IMG/VR virus record: IMGVR_UViG_3300030060_005695
Direction: 5' to 3' (one strand)
DNA: 64,000 nucleotides
DNA from: a virus
Shown piece after piece: positions 28,301 through 38,086 of the stretch. Every line of letters begins with the position of its first letter. Position 1 is the first letter of the stretch. Made by a program: the position numbers and the translations under genes. The notes under the pieces were generated by a model, which worked only from the letters and a program-made list of their open reading frames with translations, had not been told where the DNA came from and ran no database searches.

Positions 28301-31300
28301 TTTAAATTCAGGTAATATATTAACCACACAAATAGGTGGTAACGTTGTATCAATTGACCCTAATAAAATAGTTGGGTCTGACGGAGTTATAAAAGATAGG
28401 TTAGTAAATCAAGAAGATTTTGTGATGTATGCTAATCTTACAGCAAAAATATTTCCTAGAAGTAAATTATTGGTGGGAGCAGCAGCGGGTGATGAAATTC
28501 GTGTAGAAATAGCAGACGGAGAACTAAATTTTTTAAAACCAAAAGGTAAGGATTCTTTTGACTCTGACTGGACAGAAGCTTTCACTAACCCAGATGTAAA
28601 TCAAAAAATAAAAACTAAAACAAAAGAAGGTGTTACAACATCTACCAGTATAAATAACCAAAATGACTTTCAGGGTTTTGGTATAACTTCTATAAGTATT
28701 AAAATTAATGCATCCTATATACCACAGGTAACTATAAACTTTACCGATGTTAGGGGAAAAACTTTATTTGAACAAGCCAAAGTCAACACACCCTATACCG
28801 CATTTTTTCATCTACCATACCCAACATTTTTTCTAACACTTAAAGGTTACTACGGGAAAGCGGTACAATATCAGTTAACATTAGAAAAATTTATATCTCG
28901 TTTTGACCCAGCATCTGGTGATTACTTGGTAACATGTGATTTTAAAGGTAATCATATAGCGATGTTAAGGGATATAAATATGCATGAAGCAGTGACTGCA
29001 CCTTACCTATACCCAACTAGACAAGACCCAAAAAGTGGTAATATACAGATGACCAAAGGTAGACAAATATTGGGTGAGGTATATAGAGAATATTATTCCA
29101 AAGGACTAATTAATGAAAATATATTTAATAACCAATATACTACAGTTGAATTAATAGAAAAAATACAATCTATTGATAATGATATGGCACAGGTTTTCGG
29201 ACAAGCGAGTTTAGAGAGTACAACCCATAAATTAGAATACGAAGAAACTTTAGAAAAATTTAAAAAAGCTGTAATTGGTAAAAAAGGATGGGTTGGAAAA
29301 TACTTAGATACGTCCCCTAATGGTAGAAGAAATGTCACCGTGAACGAACCACCATTTCCACCAACACCAGGACAACCAACTCCAACCACACCAAATACAG
29401 GAAGAACTATAATAACACAAGCCTATCCCTTAAAAGGAATGTCTGCGGCTACATCAGAAACTGACCCTGCAACTAGAAAAGAAAAACAAGACAAGTTAAT
29501 AGAAGAAGCTAAAAATGCCTTAGAAGCGGTAGTAAAAAAATACGTTAAATTATTACAACAAAATCCAACCTTTAAAGCAAGAAGTAACATAGAAGGTGGT
29601 AAATATTCTGTCGCCACTAGATTTAGTGACCCCACATACGATATTTTTGAAAACTCACAAATTAAAGGTAGTGTGCAAATAGGTGGAATAACAACCCAAT
29701 TACCACCAGGACAATCACCTTGGTTTATGTTTGAAGGTGATACAGATAGTTTTTTATTTATATGGACTACAACTAAAAGAATGTTTGAGACCAAAGCAAA
29801 GTCAATGGCTGAAGACTTAAGTAAAAAACTTAACGGTAGACTACAAAAAGCAATAGGGTTTAAACCAACGATAAGAAATGTTTTTGCTATAATATTAGCG
29901 GGAGCAGATACTTTTTTAAAACTACTTGATGACGTACATACAGATGCTTTTGCACAAAGACAAAACGAACAAAGATTAGCAGCGGCAGTTTCATCAGACG
30001 ACTCCAACGCAACCAACCAAATAGTATATCCGTGGCCTCAATATTATAAAATTGAAGAACAAGAAAAAGGTGGTAACTGTACCACAACCAATTCTGTTTT
30101 AACATACCCTGGTTCTTCAGACGTAATAGCTCAAACATTAGCTAATAATCCAAAAATATGGCCTGAAGTAGAATTTGTAGAAGAATATACTAAAGCAACT
30201 AACTATAAATTTAGTTTATTTAACCCAACGGTAGCTAATGAAAGTGTCGATAAAGACTGGACACCAATAACAGTGTATGATTGGCCACCAGTAGAAACAC
30301 CATATTTTAGTTTAGAAGATTTAAATATATGGTATGAAATGTTAGATAGAGCTCAAAGAGTGGTTTTAAATGGTGGACTATCATCTAGATATGCTGGACA
30401 AGTAGGTACACCGACAAATAGTTTAATAGGTGACGCGATAGTTGAATTAGCTAAGTATGATGCATTAAATCTATACCAGAGAATTAAAAATTATAGTACA
30501 CAAAAACAGGTTTTTATGGATTTAGGTAGTGGTGGTTTGTCAGGGTACGTTGAGATACTATCAATTCTCAGAGATGCGGACCCATTTAGATTTGATATAT
30601 ATGCTAAGTACGGAGTGATTACCCCATACAATATACAACCAACATACACTCTAAATTTTAATAAATCTAGATTTACAGTTAAAAATCAAAATTTCGAAAC
30701 TAATACTGAAGCTTTAAAACAAGGAAAAAGTAATGGTTTATATGATTTAGCACCTTGTATTTTTGGTAATTGGGTTAGAAACAATTTTGCGAATGGTGAT
30801 ACATTAGGTAGTAACGATTTTTTCGACATAAATAAAAATGTACAGTATGATATAAATGAAAAAAATGTATTGGCTGACACATGGAGTACCCTTTATTTAA
30901 TAAGAGAAAAGTATACAAAGTCTAAGTTTATTGATGAAGACCAAGAAAAACTAATAGAAAGAAAAAACAATTCTAACGCTTTAAACACCCTTACTACCGC
31001 AAACCAAGCATACGAATCTTTCACTGAACATAAATTTATAACTGAAGGGGAAGTACACGGGTTTCCAACAGTATCAACAATCCCACCTAGTGGGGGAACA
31101 AATACACAAACACCACCCGTAAGATTAACATCGATGTTAAACACACCTTACTTTATAAATGCCTTGGTTGCGGGTACAGAAGCTGATAAAGTAGGTATTG
31201 CAGAACCTTACACACAAGCGGCATACCTATTTTTAAATTCATTACCCCTACCTACACTAAGAGAAAAAGTTTTATATAAAGATGGTGATAACTATGAATT

Positions 31301-34300
31301 TGGTAACTACATATCACAAATGTTTAACCAAATGCCTGCTATCCATAATTTACCAATTTCTTTAATATTAAGAATAGGTTCAGTTTGGTGGAGATACAAA
31401 ACAGAAGTACAAACACAAGTAGACCCACTAAATTCTATTTGGGGTAATGTTGGTTTTGTACCACCTCTAGGTTATACCGGACCAAGTAGTATTTATGAAA
31501 CAGCTTTAAACGCACCAAACTACTACACATTTTTAACCAGTAATGATGGTGGTATGACAACATCAGGACCATACCCTTACGTAAGTCAAGAAAGTAACGT
31601 TTCTAATACTATTATGCAAGTAGGTGTTTATCCAGCATTAATTAACGCTATACAATTTATAGCTAGTAATAATAATAGTTATACTAATATTGGTGTGGGA
31701 CAACAACTAAATAATTTGATAGACCCAGGAGGTAACGCTGCACTAACTATAGAACCTAATAGTAATATTAATTACACATCATCTGATGGTGTTGATGTAA
31801 AATTTTATAGTGTTTACCTAAGTTCATCTAACATAACAGACCCAGCATTTGGAATAGACACACCTAACGCACCTCAAGCAAATAGATATACTATACTATT
31901 CCCCTCATCCGGTGGGTTAAACCAAACTGATGCAAGTACATACGACGTACCAACCTATGGTAATCCAGCTTTACACAATGGAGCTACTAGAATTTTATGG
32001 GGAGCATCCAATTATGGGTACTTTGAACATCAAGCATCATACCAGTCTGGACCGGGAGAATATTTTAAAATGATTGATAATACAAAAAACGAACAAGAAG
32101 CTTGGAGTTTTAATGAACAATCTATATATGAAACAATTGAAGTTCTTAGAGGTGTATTTAATAAAGAACAATTGGATGAGTTTGAACAAAAATTTTTAGT
32201 TTTTTCTAGGCCAGGAAGTTCTACAGATTTAGGTGGTTCTTTAAAGAGTATAGTTAAAGAATTAGTTGTTGTTGAAAACACCTGGGTTAATATGGTAACA
32301 AACAGTCTAGTCACCCCAACCAGTAAAATATTAGCCGAAGCACAACTTCTAAAATTTAATAATTCTATGTTTCAGTTTTTAAATAAGAAAGTAGAATATA
32401 TCCACAGAAGTACAACAAACCTAGACCTAGTAATAAATAATGAAACATTACTACAAAGAATCCATCAAATCCATGACATCAATAATAATGATTCTGATGA
32501 TTATAATAACATAACTGAAATATATGGTAGTTACAGTAATGGACAAGCAATCCCATTAGCTGGTGGATTTTTTCCAGCGGGTAATATAGAACACCAAACA
32601 ATGAGACTTGAAGTGGGTGAATTTTATCCAGACAACTCAAATCAATTCGCTATGTTAATCCCAGCTGACCAGTCAAACCCCATGTATAATTTTTTCCAAA
32701 CTATTAATAATATAACCCCAGATGGGATGGAATTTAACACTAATAATATTAAATTGTTTGCTCCTTTTATTAAGTTGTATGCAAGTTACGTTAGTTTAAA
32801 TGGGGCCACTCCAGCTAGTACATTCTTAAATATTTTTATGAATGACGTAATTAGTTCACAACAAACCCAATCAATTTATATTAATAATCTATTAACTGAA
32901 TTACAAAAAAGTATAAAACAAAACTTAGAAACTGATGATGTTACAATAGATGTTGTTACTGATGATAGACCAGAACTTAAATCAGATGAAATAAAATTAG
33001 AACTATATAATCAATTTAAAACAATAAACGATAGGTGGGTTTCTGGAACTAATTTAACCGACCAAACACTTTTTGAAAAGTTTTTATTTTTAGATAGAGC
33101 AAATCAGGACATAGGAGATGAAGCCATAATTAATATTTGGGACATACTACAATTAGATTCACCATTTACGGACACCAATTCCAAAACCCTAACACAAAGT
33201 GTCTCAAGTTATTTAAGTATTATATTAGCTAATAACTATTTTAATTTTATACCGTTACCTTCTTATATAAATTTCTTTAATGTAGAAAAAAAAGGTACAG
33301 ACACACAAGCTCAAGGAAATGCTATGTTTGGGACATTTAAAACAGTAGATTTTATAGACTCAGCACCAGCTTTTCTATGTCAGTATGTTGGTAAACCTTC
33401 ATCACAACTAAACGCAAAAACACCAAATAATGGGTATAATAATGACTCTTTTAATTATAACTCACCTAACTCACCTTTAATAACACAAGAGTGTGGTAAT
33501 AAAGAACAATCAAATAAAGTGATGGGATTCAATGTAGACTTTGGTATACCTAACCAAAACATTTTTGAATCAATAACACTAGACCAATCACAATTTCAAA
33601 ATACCTCCGAGAGTTTTAAGATACTACAAAGTATGGCAGATTCAGGTGGAGGAAATTCTACATCACCAGCATCAGTCTCTTTATTTAATGTATATGCTAG
33701 TAGGTCCTATACCGCAAGAGTAACATGTGTTGGAAATGTAACGATACAACCAACACAATACTTCCAACTAAGATACTTACCTATGTTTAATGGACCTTAT
33801 TTAATTATTAATGTTGAACATGAAATTAGACCAAATAGTATAGAAACAACTTTTGAAGGTGTTAGAGTTCCAAAACCAACTCTACCAGCTATAAGTGATT
33901 TAGTACAAAGAGTTAATGTTAAGTTGTATGAAAAGGCAGAGGACAGACTAGAAAAAATACCTATAGATTTATACTATGATGGACTCAGTGCGACAGAAAG
34001 TCAGAAAAAACTAAACCCAAATCAAAATAATTATATAGCGACTGGAGTAACCTACGAAACCCCACCATTAGACCTTGACAATGTTAGGTGGAATGACGTT
34101 ACTTTAAGTGCGGGTACATTTATTGTCACACCAAACGAAGACCCAGAAAAACAACATTTAGGTGTTGATATTTGTCCTACTTCGGATAATATAGATTTTG
34201 CGAACGATGAAAATGGTGGTATTGAAATTTATCCTTCAGTTTATGGTATAGTGACTAAAGTTGTTGATGGTTGTAAGCCATTACAAGAAAGTGAAAGTTG

Positions 34301-34610
34301 TTCTAAATATGGAAATCATGTTGAAATTAAAACCATTTTAAACACTGACCCACCAGAAGAAGGAACATCATATTATTTAACTAGATATGCATTTTTAAGA
34401 GAAGGTATAACAGTAAATGTGGACGACTCAATACAAAGAGGAGAAGTTGGTCCTGGTATATTAAACAAAGTAATTGGTATAATGGGTAATAGTGGATTAT
34501 CTAAAAGTACTCATTTACATTTTGAAATAAAAAGAGGGGTAAAACAAGAAGGTAAAATAGTAGAACACTATTTAAATCCAGCTGAATTCTTACCTAGAAC
34601 ACGTCAATAA
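28290..34610 (+). CDS. Large baseplate hub protein with C-terminal M23 peptidase (virion-associated peptidoglycan hydrolase)
   Basis: Hub-like segments (FGITSISIK..VTINFTDVRG; GNVTIQPTQYFQL..GPYLIINVEHEI); M23 motifs HLGVD (34155), YGNHVEI, GNSG..THLHFEI (34512). Confidence 0.75.
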   Translation: MADSLNSGNILTTQIGGNVVSIDPNKIVGSDGVIKDRLVNQEDFVMYANLTAKIFPRSKLLVGAAAGDEIRVEIADGELNFLKPKGKDSFDSDWTEAFTNPDVNQKIKTKTKEGVTTSTSINNQNDFQGFGITSISIKINASYIPQVTINFTDVRGKTLFEQAKVNTPYTAFFHLPYPTFFLTLKGYYGKAVQYQLTLEKFISRFDPASGDYLVTCDFKGNHIAMLRDINMHEAVTAPYLYPTRQDPKSGNIQMTKGRQILGEVYREYYSKGLINENIFNNQYTTVELIEKIQSIDNDMAQVFGQASLESTTHKLEYEETLEKFKKAVIGKKGWVGKYLDTSPNGRRNVTVNEPPFPPTPGQPTPTTPNTGRTIITQAYPLKGMSAATSETDPATRKEKQDKLIEEAKNALEAVVKKYVKLLQQNPTFKARSNIEGGKYSVATRFSDPTYDIFENSQIKGSVQIGGITTQLPPGQSPWFMFEGDTDSFLFIWTTTKRMFETKAKSMAEDLSKKLNGRLQKAIGFKPTIRNVFAIILAGADTFLKLLDDVHTDAFAQRQNEQRLAAAVSSDDSNATNQIVYPWPQYYKIEEQEKGGNCTTTNSVLTYPGSSDVIAQTLANNPKIWPEVEFVEEYTKATNYKFSLFNPTVANESVDKDWTPITVYDWPPVETPYFSLEDLNIWYEMLDRAQRVVLNGGLSSRYAGQVGTPTNSLIGDAIVELAKYDALNLYQRIKNYSTQKQVFMDLGSGGLSGYVEILSILRDADPFRFDIYAKYGVITPYNIQPTYTLNFNKSRFTVKNQNFETNTEALKQGKSNGLYDLAPCIFGNWVRNNFANGDTLGSNDFFDINKNVQYDINEKNVLADTWSTLYLIREKYTKSKFIDEDQEKLIERKNNSNALNTLTTANQAYESFTEHKFITEGEVHGFPTVSTIPPSGGTNTQTPPVRLTSMLNTPYFINALVAGTEADKVGIAEPYTQAAYLFLNSLPLPTLREKVLYKDGDNYEFGNYISQMFNQMPAIHNLPISLILRIGSVWWRYKTEVQTQVDPLNSIWGNVGFVPPLGYTGPSSIYETALNAPNYYTFLTSNDGGMTTSGPYPYVSQESNVSNTIMQVGVYPALINAIQFIASNNNSYTNIGVGQQLNNLIDPGGNAALTIEPNSNINYTSSDGVDVKFYSVYLSSSNITDPAFGIDTPNAPQANRYTILFPSSGGLNQTDASTYDVPTYGNPALHNGATRILWGASNYGYFEHQASYQSGPGEYFKMIDNTKNEQEAWSFNEQSIYETIEVLRGVFNKEQLDEFEQKFLVFSRPGSSTDLGGSLKSIVKELVVVENTWVNMVTNSLVTPTSKILAEAQLLKFNNSMFQFLNKKVEYIHRSTTNLDLVINNETLLQRIHQIHDINNNDSDDYNNITEIYGSYSNGQAIPLAGGFFPAGNIEHQTMRLEVGEFYPDNSNQFAMLIPADQSNPMYNFFQTINNITPDGMEFNTNNIKLFAPFIKLYASYVSLNGATPASTFLNIFMNDVISSQQTQSIYINNLLTELQKSIKQNLETDDVTIDVVTDDRPELKSDEIKLELYNQFKTINDRWVSGTNLTDQTLFEKFLFLDRANQDIGDEAIINIWDILQLDSPFTDTNSKTLTQSVSSYLSIILANNYFNFIPLPSYINFFNVEKKGTDTQAQGNAMFGTFKTVDFIDSAPAFLCQYVGKPSSQLNAKTPNNGYNNDSFNYNSPNSPLITQECGNKEQSNKVMGFNVDFGIPNQNIFESITLDQSQFQNTSESFKILQSMADSGGGNSTSPASVSLFNVYASRSYTARVTCVGNVTIQPTQYFQLRYLPMFNGPYLIINVEHEIRPNSIETTFEGVRVPKPTLPAISDLVQRVNVKLYEKAEDRLEKIPIDLYYDGLSATESQKKLNPNQNNYIATGVTYETPPLDLDNVRWNDVTLSAGTFIVTPNEDPEKQHLGVDICPTSDNIDFANDENGGIEIYPSVYGIVTKVVDGCKPLQESESCSKYGNHVEIKTILNTDPPEEGTSYYLTRYAFLREGITVNVDDSIQRGEVGPGILNKVIGIMGNSGLSKSTHLHFEIKRGVKQEGKIVEHYLNPAEFLPRTRQ

Positions 34611-34667
34611 TAGATAATATTGACTATTAATGAATTTACGTATATTTATAGGTATACTAAACATATT

Positions 34668-34907
34668 ATGATAACAGAACAACTTAGACAAAAATTAGGA
34701 AATTTTTTATGTAAAAAAACAGATAATATTGTTGAAAACGGACAAACACCCGAAGGACAACAAGTTTGTGATTTAGATACTGGTATTTGTTATACTATTA
34801 GAAGTAGAGATGGTTTAATAGAAAGAGTAGAAAATAGTATTAGAGTTAATAGAAAAGTACAAGTAGAATCCCCATCCGGACAAGTAAAACAATTATTAAA
34901 TGGCTAA
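34668..34907 (+). CDS. Small hypothetical protein
   Basis: Start moved to ATG 34668, downstream of TATTTATA at 34643-34650; contains VCDLDTGICY. Confidence 0.6.
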   Translation: MITEQLRQKLGNFLCKKTDNIVENGQTPEGQQVCDLDTGICYTIRSRDGLIERVENSIRVNRKVQVESPSGQVKQLLNG

Positions 34908-35655
34908 AGAAGTAGAAAAATCTATCCTAGAAGAACTTAAAAGATTTAATCAAATCAGTCACAATAGTGATAATTTGAATGAACAAAGAATTAGTGCTAT
35001 TGGTGATGATATTGGTGGTCTTAGCAATCTTGGTATGGGAAGTCATGTCGAAAGATTAGCGAAAAAATTTGGTATGGAAATGGCTGAACAAGAAGTCCCA
35101 GAATTAGAAGATGAAGAATTAGAAGTTGATACTGAAGAAGTACCGGTTGAAGATGAAGGTGGTGAAGGGGATGTGGCTGTTGAAGATGAAATGGATTTAG
35201 ACACTGATATAGATACTGATATGGGTACTGAAGAAGACACTACAGAACTTGATGTTACTGATTTGGTGAGTAAACAAGATGAGGTAAATACAGAACTATC
35301 CGACCAAAAAGATATATTATCTAAAAACACACAAAGTCTAGATGATTTAATGACAAAACTTTCAGACCTAGAGAACCAACTCTCCTCGATGGAAGATGTC
35401 GCTACTAAAATTAGTAGTCTAGAAGATAAATTAGAAGAATATAGACCAAGAACACCAGAAGAAAAATTAGGTTTAAGAAAACATGATAGTGGTCCTTATA
35501 ATAAGACACTAAGTGATTTTTTTACTGACAAAGAAGAAGTATTTGATAAAACTGGTAAAAAACAATATGTTTTAACTAAAGACGATGTAGAAGACTATAG
35601 TACTGTTGACATCCAAAAAAGTTTCGGAGACCCAGACGCGGAAGACGAAGACTAA
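34900..35655 (+). CDS. Highly acidic coiled-coil protein (scaffold/internal-protein-like)
   Basis: 251 aa; E/D-rich centre followed by heptad-like LDDLMTKLSDLENQLSSMEDVATKISSLEDKLEE. Confidence 0.5.
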   Translation: MAKEVEKSILEELKRFNQISHNSDNLNEQRISAIGDDIGGLSNLGMGSHVERLAKKFGMEMAEQEVPELEDEELEVDTEEVPVEDEGGEGDVAVEDEMDLDTDIDTDMGTEEDTTELDVTDLVSKQDEVNTELSDQKDILSKNTQSLDDLMTKLSDLENQLSSMEDVATKISSLEDKLEEYRPRTPEEKLGLRKHDSGPYNKTLSDFFTDKEEVFDKTGKKQYVLTKDDVEDYSTVDIQKSFGDPDAEDED

Positions 35656-35672
35656 ACTTTCCCCCATATTTA

Positions 35673-35704
35673 TTTGACATAACAATAATATATGTGTACA
35701 TTTA
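35673..35704 (+). promoter_or_regulatory. Host-type promoter variant (TTTG-N20-TACATTTA)
   Basis: Same 20-nt spacing; heads the SSB-RecA-exonuclease-helicase-RNR block. Confidence 0.5.
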
Positions 35705-35745
35705 TACATATGTTTATTAATTAATAATATTTAAAAAGAAAATTT

Positions 35746-36615
35746 ATGAGTAATAGTTTAGATGCAGTTTTAGCTCAATACGAGAAAAACAAACAAAGTG
35801 GTGGTTCCACGAAACCACAAATGACATCAGAAGAAAGAATGAAACAATATCTTTCTATTATGTTACCAAAAGGAACAAAACAAGGAGAAAAAAGAATTAG
35901 AATCGTACCAACAACAGACGGTTCATCACCATTTAAAGAAGTATTCTTCCATAATGTACAAGTACAAGGAAGATGGCAAAAACTTTATGACCCAGGAAAA
36001 AATTCAGACGGAAGACCATCTGGTGAAAGAAGTCCATTAAATGAAGTTGAAGAGGCTTTAAGATTAGCAGGAGACGCACAATCTAAAGAATTAGCACGTT
36101 CTTATCGTTCACAAAAATTCTACATTGTTAAAGTAGTAGATAGAGATAACGAAGAAGATGGTGTTAAGTTTTGGAGATTTAAACATAACTGGAAAGGAGA
36201 TGGACCTATTGATAAAATCATCCCTATTTGGAGAAATAAGGGAGATGTTACTGACGCTAAAGAAGGTAGAGACCTTATATTAGTTCTACAGGCAGTACCT
36301 TTACCAGGAGGTAGAGGGGAATATACTACAGTTTCTGCGGTTATGTATGAAGACCCAGCTCCATTATCTACAGATGAAGCACAATCTAAAGAGTGGGTGG
36401 GGGATGAAAGAACTTGGAAAGATGTGTATTCACAAAAACCTGTTGAGTACTTAGAAGCGATTTCTAAAGGACTAGACCCGGTATGGGATTCTGAACTTAA
36501 AAAATATGTTTATGACGACCCAAACGCTACTAAAAATACTACTAATACAACAACATTAGGTAGTACTACAGACCCACAGGCAAATGACCCACAAGACGAA
36601 GACTTACCATTTTAA
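35746..36615 (+). CDS. Single-stranded DNA-binding protein (T4 gp32-like)
   Basis: IRIVP..SPFKEVFFH, VVDRDNEEDGVKFW, DAKEGRDLIL, acidic C-terminus ending DEDLPF. Confidence 0.8.
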   Translation: MSNSLDAVLAQYEKNKQSGGSTKPQMTSEERMKQYLSIMLPKGTKQGEKRIRIVPTTDGSSPFKEVFFHNVQVQGRWQKLYDPGKNSDGRPSGERSPLNEVEEALRLAGDAQSKELARSYRSQKFYIVKVVDRDNEEDGVKFWRFKHNWKGDGPIDKIIPIWRNKGDVTDAKEGRDLILVLQAVPLPGGRGEYTTVSAVMYEDPAPLSTDEAQSKEWVGDERTWKDVYSQKPVEYLEAISKGLDPVWDSELKKYVYDDPNATKNTTNTTTLGSTTDPQANDPQDEDLPF

Positions 36616-36624
36616 CTAGGGGAT

Positions 36625-37629
36625 ATGGCATTGAAAAAAAGAACATTTTCAGACTTGAAAAATAAATTCTCAAAGAAAGCTAACTTTAAACCAGAAAGAT
36701 TTTTTGATTTAGGGAAAGCTTTCCTTGATGCTACTGGTTTACCAGGACCAGCTATGGGACACTTACAAATGTTTTTAGGACATTCGGATACTGGTAAAAC
36801 AACTGCTTTAATAAAAGCAGCGGTAGATGCACAAAAAAAAGGAATTCTTCCTGTTTTAATTATTACCGAACAAAAATGGGGTTTTGAACACGCAAAACTT
36901 TTAGGTTTTGATTGTGAAGAAGTTGTGGACAAAACAACAGGAGAAATAGATTGGGACGGATTCTTCCTTTTTAATAACGATTTCCAATACATAGAAGAAA
37001 TTACAGATTATATTAATACACTACTTGACGCACAAGATAAGGGTGAATTAGAATATGATTTATTATTTTTGTGGGATTCTGTTGGTTCTGTACCTTGTAA
37101 AATGACTTTTGAAGGTAAAGGTGGAAAAATGCATAACGCAGCAACCCTAGCGGATAAAATAGGTATGGGACTCAACCAAAGAATCGGTAAATCAAGAAGA
37201 CAAGATTCCAAATACACTAATACATTAGTTGTCGTCAACCAACCTTGGGTGGAATTACCAGACAATCCATTTGGACAACCTAAAATTAAAGCAAAAGGTG
37301 GAGAATCTTTGTGGTTAAATTCTACTTTAGTGTTTAGATTTGGAAACCAAAAAAATGGTGGTACAACAAATATTACCGCGGTTAAAGAAAAACGAAAAGT
37401 AAAATTTGCTACTAGAACAAAAATAACCATTATGAAAAATCATGTTAATGGTTTGGGTTATGAAGATGGTAAAATCCTTATAACACCACATGGATTCATT
37501 GCTGGAAGAGAAGCTAGTGAAGAAAAGAAATCAATAGAAAAATATAAACAAGAAAATGCTACCTTCTGGTCTGAACAATTAGGGGTTGGTGGTGATTTCG
37601 ATTTAAAAATAGAAAAAGAAAATGACTAA
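36625..37629 (+). CDS. uvsX: RecA/UvsX-like recombinase
   Basis: Walker A GHSDTGKTT, FLWDSVGS, VVVNQ, KGGESL, KNHVNG. Confidence 0.85.
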   Translation: MALKKRTFSDLKNKFSKKANFKPERFFDLGKAFLDATGLPGPAMGHLQMFLGHSDTGKTTALIKAAVDAQKKGILPVLIITEQKWGFEHAKLLGFDCEEVVDKTTGEIDWDGFFLFNNDFQYIEEITDYINTLLDAQDKGELEYDLLFLWDSVGSVPCKMTFEGKGGKMHNAATLADKIGMGLNQRIGKSRRQDSKYTNTLVVVNQPWVELPDNPFGQPKIKAKGGESLWLNSTLVFRFGNQKNGGTTNITAVKEKRKVKFATRTKITIMKNHVNGLGYEDGKILITPHGFIAGREASEEKKSIEKYKQENATFWSEQLGVGGDFDLKIEKEND

Positions 37630-38056
37630 AATAAAAACAGGAGACAAAGTAAAAGTACACTATATAGGTACCCTAAAAGATGGTTCTAAATTTGATAACT
37701 CAAGAGACAGAGGAGAAGGGTTAGAATTTGTAATTGATGACGGTCAACTACTAAAAGGTTTTAATGATGCTGTTAAAGACTTAGAGATTGGTGGTACCGC
37801 TAAAGTAGATATTAAAGCTAAAGAAGCTTATGGTGAATATATTAACGAGGCAATCATATCAGTTAATAAAAGTGAATTCCCAGAATCACTAAACTATGAA
37901 TTGAATGGATTCATCCAAGGGCAAGACCAGAACGGTAGACCCGTCCAAGGACAAGTAGTAAAAATTAATGAGGAAACTGTAGAATTAGATATGAATCACC
38001 CCTTAGCTGGTGAAGATTTGAGTTTCGAAATTGAATTATTAGAAGTAGTAAAGTAA
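37622..38056 (+). CDS. FKBP-type peptidyl-prolyl isomerase (SlyD/SlpA-like, no His-rich tail)
   Basis: VKVHYIGTLKDGSKFDNS, EAYGE, DMNHPLAGEDLSFEIEL. Confidence 0.92.
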   Translation: MTKIKTGDKVKVHYIGTLKDGSKFDNSRDRGEGLEFVIDDGQLLKGFNDAVKDLEIGGTAKVDIKAKEAYGEYINEAIISVNKSEFPESLNYELNGFIQGQDQNGRPVQGQVVKINEETVELDMNHPLAGEDLSFEIELLEVVK

Positions 38057-38086
38057 AAAAATTGTTTAACCCTTTAAGAATGTGTT

